From: Deinococcaceae bacterium
GTDB taxonomy: Bacteria > Deinococcota > Deinococci > Deinococcales > Trueperaceae
DNA: 24,055 nucleotides
Assembly: GCA_040256005.1 (NCBI GenBank)
Contig: JBDZWC010000036.1
Span: 1 to 24,055, forward strand
Direction: 5' to 3'
Below the pieces are notes generated by a model, which saw only the letters and a list, made by a program, of their open reading frames with translations, did not search any database and was not told where the DNA came from. The position numbers were made by a program, and so were the translations under genes. Positions 17,639-24,055 of this stretch are shown piece by piece. Position 1 is the stretch's first letter, and each line of letters begins with the position of its first letter.

Positions 17639-19291
17639 TCAGCCCAGGAACAGGCTGCGGGCCCACGGGCTGGCGGTCACAGCCACGAGCAGCCCGACGT
17701 GGAACGTCAGCTGGGCGATCAACGCCTCGGTCGCGTTCGGGCGGACGCGGAAGTTCTCGGCCAGCAGGAGGCCGAACACGAAGAGCAGCGCTGCTGGCGT
17801 CCCGAACGTCAAGGCGTACAGCGAGGCCGAGATGAGCGGGGCGATACGCCTGTCGTAGCGGCGCGCCGTGGGCGGGATCACGAAGGCGCGGAAGAAGACC
17901 TCGGAGAGCGGCACGAGGATCATGGCCGCCACCACGTACGGCGTCAGCTGGATCAGGTCGAGGTAGAAGCCGCCGAGAGCGCCGTCGAACGGGTCGAAGT
18001 GGAGATAAGCGAGCATGGCGGCGAGGAACAACAGGCCCAGGCCGAGGCCGTTGAGCGGCCGGCGCGAGGAGCCGATCAGTACCTCCATGGGGTCGTAGCC
18101 GTTGGCTGTGACGCGGCGCCATGAGAGCAGCACCAGGAACACCGAGAACGTGATGAAGAACAGCGCCCAGGCGTCAGTGGACTGGACCGGCGTCACCAGC
18201 ACCAGCAGGTTGTCGTGGACGAACGCCCCGTACGCCAACGCGGCGACGAACGCGATCAACAACGAGCCGAACAGCGTGCCGTAGACGTTGCCCACGCTCC
18301 AGTACCTGGGCCCCTCCACGACCTCCAGGCCGCTCGTGCTGGGGATGCGGCTCTCGCCGACGAGGTGCGTGGCGACGAGGACCAACAGGATCGCTGCCCA
18401 CACGACGGCGTTGCCGCCCAGTCGACTGAGCAGGTTGTCGCGCCTGAGGGCCTCGCGCATGGCGACGTTGCCGGCCTCCAGGTCGCCCTCGGCGTAGTAG
18501 ATGTACGCCAGCGACCGCAGGTCCCTGGCCTGCGCGTCAACGTCGCGCGACCCTCGAAGCTGGTGGGCGGTCGCGAGCTGACCGGCGGCGGCCTCCAGGT
18601 CGCCGGCAGCCCACAGCGCCCGGCCGAGCAGCGACCTGACCTCGGGGTCGCGGTCGTCGCCGGTCAGGTCCAGGTAGGACCGCAACTGTGAGACGGCGGC
18701 ACCGGGCTCGCCCAGCCTGAGTCGCAAGCGCGCGTCGGCCACGCGGTAGTCGACGTTGAGTGGGTCTGCGGTGATCGCGGCCGCGTAGCCGGCCAGCGCC
18801 TCGTCGTAGCGGCCCGAGAACTCGTGGATCCTGCCGGCCAGGAGCTGCATGCGGCCCTCGACCTCGCGGTTGCCCGCCTCCTGGAGGGCCGACCGGGCGC
18901 TCCGCAGGAACGCCTGCGCCTCGTCGGGTCGGCCGCCCTCGAGCACGGCCTCGGCCAGCAGGACGAGGGGCTCGGCGGTCCGGATCGAGTTGCGGACCCG
19001 CCTCAGCCGGCTCTCGGCGCTGGCGTGGTCCCCAAGCCTAAGCTCGATGCGGGCCAGGGCCAGCTCGGCCTCGGCGAAGCTGGGCCTCACCTGGAGGGCG
19101 TTCTGGCAGGCTCGGCGAGCGGTCTCGAGGTCGCCGCCAGCTTCGAACCGCAGGCACTGCTGGTAGTAGACGTTCTCGTCGAACGCCTGCGCCGAGGCAT
19201 GAGACAGGGTCCCGAGCAACAGGCAGAGCGCTGCGACGATCGCAGCCTTCACGTGCACCCGTCCTACCCCAGCTACTGGTCTCGCGATCAT
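17639..19291 (-). CDS. Signal peptide + TPR repeats + C-terminal CPBP (Abi/CAAX protease)-like membrane domain
   Basis: Hydrophobic leader ending ASA-Q, repeated TPR-like helices (e.g. GRYDEALAGYAAAITADPLN), then multiple TM helices with PLSEVFFRAF. Start placed at ATG 19291 (AAGGGG upstream); the ORF extends to 19336. Confidence 0.8.
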   Translation of the reverse strand: MIARPVAGVGRVHVKAAIVAALCLLLGTLSHASAQAFDENVYYQQCLRFEAGGDLETARRACQNALQVRPSFAEAELALARIELRLGDHASAESRLRRVRNSIRTAEPLVLLAEAVLEGGRPDEAQAFLRSARSALQEAGNREVEGRMQLLAGRIHEFSGRYDEALAGYAAAITADPLNVDYRVADARLRLRLGEPGAAVSQLRSYLDLTGDDRDPEVRSLLGRALWAAGDLEAAAGQLATAHQLRGSRDVDAQARDLRSLAYIYYAEGDLEAGNVAMREALRRDNLLSRLGGNAVVWAAILLVLVATHLVGESRIPSTSGLEVVEGPRYWSVGNVYGTLFGSLLIAFVAALAYGAFVHDNLLVLVTPVQSTDAWALFFITFSVFLVLLSWRRVTANGYDPMEVLIGSSRRPLNGLGLGLLFLAAMLAYLHFDPFDGALGGFYLDLIQLTPYVVAAMILVPLSEVFFRAFVIPPTARRYDRRIAPLISASLYALTFGTPAALLFVFGLLLAENFRVRPNATEALIAQLTFHVGLLVAVTASPWARSLFLG

Positions 19292-19647
19292 CGAAGTCCC
19301 CTTCGCCGGGACCATCACCTGGCGGTCAGGACGCACTGGCGGCGTGGCCGGGTCACGGTCGCTCGAGCCTCATCCGAGGAGAGGTCGCCGTAATCTTGCA
19401 TGCGCGGTGTGCGCGGGCGGTTAGGTCGTTCACTTCCTTGGCCGCAGGAAGCTCCTCTGGGACGCCAATTCCTGGGCCTGGTGCGCGGCGTGTGGCGCGG
19501 AGGAGCGCTGCGTCTGTTGCCCTACCGCCCTCGGCACCGCATGAGGACGGCTGACCCCCTTCACAGAACGGCATGAAGGTTAGCTTAACCGCTCCAGGAC
19601 GCATTTCGTGGGTTCCCGTTCTAACATCCGAGCGGAACGGCGTGACG

Positions 19648-20025
19648 ATGAGCTTCTCCCACTTCCTACTCATGGGCCAGGTCCTGGCCGTGCTCCCTTC
19701 GATGTCAGAAGGGACGGAGCTCCGCGTCGTCTCACCCGACCTGCTCACGGTGTACGCCAAGGCGACCGTGATGGACGGGCGTCTCGTCTTCACCGAGTTC
19801 CCCGCGCCGGGCACCGAGGTCAGGGTGATCATCTTCCCGGCGGAGAGCACGCCGGCGGAACGCGTGGACGCCATGGGCGCCCGCGCCCTGGTCGGTCGTA
19901 TCAGCGACGACGGACGCGACGTGCTCCTCACGGAACCGGAGGCATTCGAACCGCTGTCGCTGAGGCAGCTGTTGTTCCGCGAGCGCGGCGTGCGCGTGCG
20001 CTTCGCGTTGAGCAGGGAGGACTGA
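19648..20025 (+). CDS. Hypothetical protein upstream of the response regulator
   Basis: Part of ORF 19573..20025. Host-like GC3 codons from about 19650; stop lies 1 nt before the regulator GTG. The start is uncertain (19573, 19648 or 19672). Confidence 0.65.
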   Translation: MSFSHFLLMGQVLAVLPSMSEGTELRVVSPDLLTVYAKATVMDGRLVFTEFPAPGTEVRVIIFPAESTPAERVDAMGARALVGRISDDGRDVLLTEPEAFEPLSLRQLLFRERGVRVRFALSRED

Positions 20026-20026
20026 G

Positions 20027-20692
20027 GTGGCGAAACGGATCCTGATCGTCGAGGACGACCTCGACATCTTGAGGCTGTTGCAGCGCGAACTCACCGAGGC
20101 AGGCTTCGACGTGCTGGCGTACGACTCCGGCATCCGCGGGCTCACGGCCGTGCGGGAGGAAGAGCCCGACCTCGTGATCCTCGACCTGGGCCTGCCCGAC
20201 GTCAGCGGCCAGGAGATCGCCAGGCGCGTGCGGCGCACCGGCGACACACCCATCCTCATCCTGACCGCGGCGGACGAGGTCGGCACCAAGGTCGACATGC
20301 TCAACGCGGGCGCTGATGACTACCTGGCCAAGCCGTTCCACGTCGCCGAGCTGCTCGCCCGCATCAACGTGCAGCTCCGCAAGCGCACGCTGGGCGCGGC
20401 GCAGAAGATCGGCGAGATGACGATCGACCCGGTGAGGCGCCAGGTGCTGTGGGGCGAGGACGAGGTCAAGCTGAGCCCGCGCGAGTACGAGCTCCTGGCC
20501 TACCTGGCCGGTCAGCCGGGCAGGGTGTACAGCCGCAAGGAGATCGAGACGAACGTCTGGGGGGAGGACCTCCCTCCGTCCTCTAACGTCGTCGACGTGC
20601 ACATCGCCAACATCAGGGGCAAGCTGCGCGAGGTGGGCGGCTACGGCGTCATCCGCACGGTGCGCGGCGTGGGCTACGCGCTCAAGTCGTAG
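20027..20692 (+). CDS. OmpR/PhoB-family response regulator (DrRRA-like)
   Basis: ILIVEDD, LDLGLPD (phospho-Asp), GADDYLAKPF, winged helix NVVDVHIANIRGKL...IRTVRGVGY. Confidence 0.96.
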   Translation: MAKRILIVEDDLDILRLLQRELTEAGFDVLAYDSGIRGLTAVREEEPDLVILDLGLPDVSGQEIARRVRRTGDTPILILTAADEVGTKVDMLNAGADDYLAKPFHVAELLARINVQLRKRTLGAAQKIGEMTIDPVRRQVLWGEDEVKLSPREYELLAYLAGQPGRVYSRKEIETNVWGEDLPPSSNVVDVHIANIRGKLREVGGYGVIRTVRGVGYALKS

Positions 20693-20716
20693 CCGAGGCG
20701 GCGTAACCTGCTCACC

Positions 20717-22066
20717 ATGAGCGGTGCGCCACAGAGGCGCGCCGGGCTGCCACTCACCTGGCGCGTCGCCGTGCTCGCCGGTGCGGCGACGGCGCTGCTG
20801 GCCGGCCTTACCCTGGTCGTGTCGTACGTGATCGTGAGGAGCGGCATGTACGACGACCTGCGCCGCTCGCTCAGGCAGGACGCTGCGTCCCTCGCCGCCG
20901 TGTACGCCACCGGTGAGGGCAGCGCCGGGACGAGCCTGACGGGGCCGACCGGGGGCGTCGTGCTGCAGGTCTACGGGCCGGGCGCACAGCTGCTGGCAGC
21001 CTCCCGTACCGAGTGGGAGTCACCGCTCGCCGCCATCCCACCCGACGTGATCGTGGGGGCCGGTCTGGTGCCCACCGGTTGGTCCGGGGAGCTGCTGGAT
21101 CAGCCCGTCGAGGTGGCCCTGGCCCCCTTCGCGGTGGGCGTCGTCGCGGTCATCGCCGACCCCAGCTACATCGAGCAGACCCTCGCCACGCTGTCCCGGA
21201 CCCTCCTGGTGGTGGCGGCCGCGCTGGTCGTCCTCAGCCTGCTGGTGGGCTACCTCGTGGCGGCCGCCTCGCTGCGGCCCGTGACCCGCCTCGCCCGCCG
21301 CGTCTCGCGGCTCGAGCCCGACGCCATCGAACCGCTCGAGTACGACGGACCGCGCGACGAGGTGGCTCGCCTCACCGAGACCGTCAACGACCTGCTGGCG
21401 CGCCTGCGCGCCGCGCGCCACGCGCAGCGCGTGTTCCTGGCCGAGACCAGCCATGAGCTGCGGACGCCGCTCACCTCCCTGCGAGGCTTCCTGGATCGCG
21501 CCGCTCGCCGCGCCGGGCCGGCGTCCGCCGAGGACCTGGAGGACGCGCGCCGCGTCACCGGCACGATGGCGCGCCTGGTGGAGGACCTGCTGCAGCTGTC
21601 ACGTGGTGAGATCGTCAGGGAGCCCAACCCCCACCTGGTAGACCTCTCGCTCGACGTTCTGCGCCCGGTGGCGGCCGAGTTCACCGGTGTGGCCGTGGCT
21701 GCGGACTCGCCCGCGTTGGTGGTGGGAGACCCCGTGCGCCTGAGGCAGCTGGTGAGGAACCTGGTGGCCAACGCGGTGCGGGCCGCGACGGCGCCGGAGA
21801 AGGTGCGCGTGCGCCTGACCACCGAAGGCGAGAACGGCGCGGCCCGCATCGAGGTCGAGGACGACGGACCGGGCATCCCGCCCGACCAGCAGGAGCGGAT
21901 CTTCGAGAAGTTCTACAAGGGCGCCGGCGGGGGCAGCGGTCTGGGCCTGGCCATCGCACAGCAGGTGGCCAAGCACCACGACGGGACCCTGACCGTGGAG
22001 AGCCGGCCGGGCCGCACCGTGTTCACCGTGCGCCTACCGCTGGTGCAGGAGGACGACGAGGAGTAG
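20717..22066 (+). CDS. Membrane sensor histidine kinase with HAMP domain
   Basis: Two TM segments, HAMP (DEVARL...N.LL), H-box SHELRTPL, N-box NLVANA, G boxes DDGPGI and GSGLGLAI. Confidence 0.95.
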   Translation: MSGAPQRRAGLPLTWRVAVLAGAATALLAGLTLVVSYVIVRSGMYDDLRRSLRQDAASLAAVYATGEGSAGTSLTGPTGGVVLQVYGPGAQLLAASRTEWESPLAAIPPDVIVGAGLVPTGWSGELLDQPVEVALAPFAVGVVAVIADPSYIEQTLATLSRTLLVVAAALVVLSLLVGYLVAAASLRPVTRLARRVSRLEPDAIEPLEYDGPRDEVARLTETVNDLLARLRAARHAQRVFLAETSHELRTPLTSLRGFLDRAARRAGPASAEDLEDARRVTGTMARLVEDLLQLSRGEIVREPNPHLVDLSLDVLRPVAAEFTGVAVAADSPALVVGDPVRLRQLVRNLVANAVRAATAPEKVRVRLTTEGENGAARIEVEDDGPGIPPDQQERIFEKFYKGAGGGSGLGLAIAQQVAKHHDGTLTVESRPGRTVFTVRLPLVQEDDEE

Positions 22067-22073
22067 TAGGGCT

Positions 22074-22090
22074 GGCGCGGTCTTCGCGCC
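22074..22090. terminator. Possible hairpin between the convergent kinase and dcd genes
   Basis: GGCGCG-gtctt-CGCGCC; no U-tract. Confidence 0.3.
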
Positions 22091-22107
22091 CGGGAGGCCG
22101 TTTCGGT

Positions 22108-23787
22108 CTAGAGCTTGGGCAGGGTGACGCCCGTCTGGCCCTGGTACTTGCCGTGCCGGTCCGCGTAGGTGACGTCCGGCCTATCGCCCTGGAAGAAGAG
22201 CAGCTGGACGATGCCCTCGTTCGCATACACCTTGGCCGGCAAGGGCGTCGTGTTCGACAGTTCTAATGTGACGTGACCTTCCCAACCGGGCTCCAAAGGC
22301 GTTACGTTCGCCACGATTCCGCAGTTGCGAACGAAGACACCTGCCTCTAGGGCGAAGTTGCCAGCCTCTGGCACCGTCAGGCAGTAAACGTCGTGGTCAC
22401 CTTTCAGCTCGCGGACGCGCATGACCTTGTGGTTCACAGGTTGCCTGCCTCGGAACGAAGAGATCACGTCCGGGAAGCGCCGGAACACGCTCCGGTCACA
22501 ATCGAGAAGCCGCGCCGCTCCGCGAATCGAGCCAGCTTTGTCAAGGGCCCGTCTGACGGTAACCGCGTCGATATCCTCTCTCAGCTTGATGCGACGGGCT
22601 ATCTCGGCCTGGGCCCTCCGCCTCTCGTCCGTGGCCTTCGACCAAGCGGCGCGAGACCGGTCACCCTGCTCATGGCGCGCAGCCTCGTTGTTGCGCCAGA
22701 ACCGCGCGATGCGCTGTCGCTGCATCTCTCTCTCGGCCTCTGTCCAACGGGCTCTGTGTTTCTCGATCAGTTCCTCCCGCCGTGCCGCGTACTTGGGTTC
22801 GTGCCAGAAGCGACGCCCACGCCTACTCTGTTGACGGTCACGTTCCAAACGCCACTCCGGATCTTCGGCCCTTTTCCGAAGCGCATCACGGATCGCGATG
22901 CTGTGTTCCAGAGGGTCGAAGTCTGCTCCGTAGTTCTCTGCGTTGTGGTACCTGACGTGTTCCGCCGCATCCATACGGACCAAGTTCCAGGGTGCGTTGT
23001 TGCGCCTATCGTGGTCGACATGGTGGCGGTGCGTTCCGGGTTCGTCCTCGTAAACCCCATTTCGGACGTTCCACTCGTCAGCCATCCTGTGCGTAGGTTC
23101 GTAGAAGCCGGCCAACGGTTGAAACGTCATCTCGTAGCCGCGGAACACTGACCGGTAGAGAGGCATGAGGGAGTCACCCGGCCGCAAGGCGCCCGCCTCT
23201 TTCCATGTGCCGTCCCGAGCCATGAAGTCGTGGTCTGGGGTCGCTTTGATGACGCTTCCGTCGTCGAGAGTGATCTCGAGAAGGCTGTCGCGCCCGATGA
23301 ACCGAGGCGCATCGATCAGTGTTGCGATCAGGCGGCCGTTCTCGCCGACCGAGTAGCCCCAAAACATCTCGCCCTCGGCATGCCGTTCCGCCATCTCTGT
23401 GAGGGTCGGTGAGCTGCCGTCGACGAGGGCGACACGGGTGTCACCGCTGAAGCAGCGAGCGTACGAGGACTTGCCAAGTGCTATGACCATCGTGTCCTCA
23501 GGAATGCGAAGGTACTCGACCGAGCGAGTCAGCACGAAGCTGTTGGGCGGGATGATGCAAGTGGGACCATCAGACTCGACCAGGCTGCGTGTGTCGAAAT
23601 GCTTGGGGTCCACGACGGTGTTGAACGCGTTCACGAAGATCCGCCACTCGGGAGCTGCCCGCAGGTCGTAACCGAAGCTGGAGAGCCCGTAACTGATGAC
23701 GCCCTGGCGCACCAGGCCGTCTTCGAACGGCTCGATCATGCCCTGCAGGGCTCTATCCCTGATCCAGTGGTCGGGCTTGATGCTCAT
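22108..23787 (-). CDS. dcd: dCTP deaminase precursor containing an intein
   Basis: MSIKPDHWI...[13 protein letters not shown]...IIPPNSFVL...GKSSYAR | intein | [37 protein letters not shown]...[12 protein letters not shown]. Exteins of 111 + 71 aa give a 182-aa spliced product, normal for Dcd. Confidence 0.96.
   Translation of the reverse strand: MSIKPDHWIRDRALQGMIEPFEDGLVRQGVISYGLSSFGYDLRAAPEWRIFVNAFNTVVDPKHFDTRSLVESDGPTCIIPPNSFVLTRSVEYLRIPEDTMVIALGKSSYARCFSGDTRVALVDGSSPTLTEMAERHAEGEMFWGYSVGENGRLIATLIDAPRFIGRDSLLEITLDDGSVIKATPDHDFMARDGTWKEAGALRPGDSLMPLYRSVFRGYEMTFQPLAGFYEPTHRMADEWNVRNGVYEDEPGTHRHHVDHDRRNNAPWNLVRMDAAEHVRYHNAENYGADFDPLEHSIAIRDALRKRAEDPEWRLERDRQQSRRGRRFWHEPKYAARREELIEKHRARWTEAEREMQRQRIARFWRNNEAARHEQGDRSRAAWSKATDERRRAQAEIARRIKLREDIDAVTVRRALDKAGSIRGAARLLDCDRSVFRRFPDVISSFRGRQPVNHKVMRVRELKGDHDVYCLTVPEAGNFALEAGVFVRNCGIVANVTPLEPGWEGHVTLELSNTTPLPAKVYANEGIVQLLFFQGDRPDVTYADRHGKYQGQTGVTLPKL
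22324..23454 (-). mobile_element. Intein (377 aa) with HNH homing endonuclease
   Basis: Block [14 protein letters not shown], block B ATPDHDF, block [14 protein letters not shown], block G GVFVRN/C. Internal [18 protein letters not shown] motif. Visibly more AT-rich than the host genes. Confidence 0.95.
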
Positions 23788-23946
23788 GACGGAGTGTATC
23801 AACGGCCCTGTCTGACGCCATGGGGCACGGGCCTAGAGCCATTGGGCGCAAGCCGAGAGGCAGGGGGCGGTTGCAGTGTCCTCGGCCTGCGCCGCCAGGA
23901 CAACTCGTTGTGACGGCGCGCCGTGGGCCTGAGTGAAGAGTTCTGT

Positions 23947-24055
23947 TCAGAGCAGCCTGAACGCGAGCGCGGCGACGACCGTGGGGGCGAGGGCCGCCAA
24001 GGCCAACCCGAGCGGGCTGACGGCCTGACCCCGGAAGTACTGGCGCAATATCGAG
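23947..24055 (-). CDS. C-terminal end of a membrane protein, possibly the putative Na+/H+ antiporter (DUF1504-type) family
   Basis: Manual translation SILRQYFRGQAVSPLGLALAALAPTVVAALAFRLL*. The family call is recall from a short fragment only. Confidence 0.5.
   Translation of the reverse strand, partial: SILRQYFRGQAVSPLGLALAALAPTVVAALAFRLL

Noticed and set aside
22393..23151. 252-aa plus-strand ORF inside the intein as a separate gene
   Set aside because: Antisense to the in-frame intein coding strand; no motifs or RBS.
22324..23454. Insert as a group I/II intron or IS element
   Set aside because: In frame with no stops, protein-splicing blocks at both ends, and no transposase, terminal inverted repeats or target duplication.
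1..24055. CRISPR array, tRNA/rRNA, prophage or defence island
   Set aside because: No regularly spaced repeats, cloverleaf or rRNA signatures, integrase or defence-family motifs were seen; the window is mostly core genes.

Overview
High-GC bacterial chromosomal window with no RNA genes, CRISPR or IS elements that I can support. The host is most likely Deinococcota (Truepera-like), inferred from TAnnnT boxes just before start codons, a DrRRA-like regulator, and the look of the UvrC and TruB proteins. Gene order: partial BBE-type FAD oxidoreductase (-) divergent from a SlyA/MarR regulator, uvrC, RimJ/L-type GNAT (-), a tightly coupled MoxR-DUF58-Ser/Thr kinase-two nucleoside-type ABC permeases-malQ run, natAB-like ABC exporter (-), a catalytically degenerate FMN alpha-hydroxy-acid dehydrogenase homolog coupled to ruvA, ald (-), truB (-), a TPR-CPBP fusion (-), a small ORF plus OmpR-family two-component system, dcd (-), and the 3' end of a membrane protein (-). 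The standout feature is a 377-aa intein inserted in the active-site motif of dCTP deaminase. It resembles the cyanobacterial GyrB intein family, carries HNH, Trp-repeat and Fis-like HTH domains, has non-canonical splicing residues, and is flanked by extein DNA with foreign-looking codon usage. All family assignments come from motif recognition and recall, not database searches.
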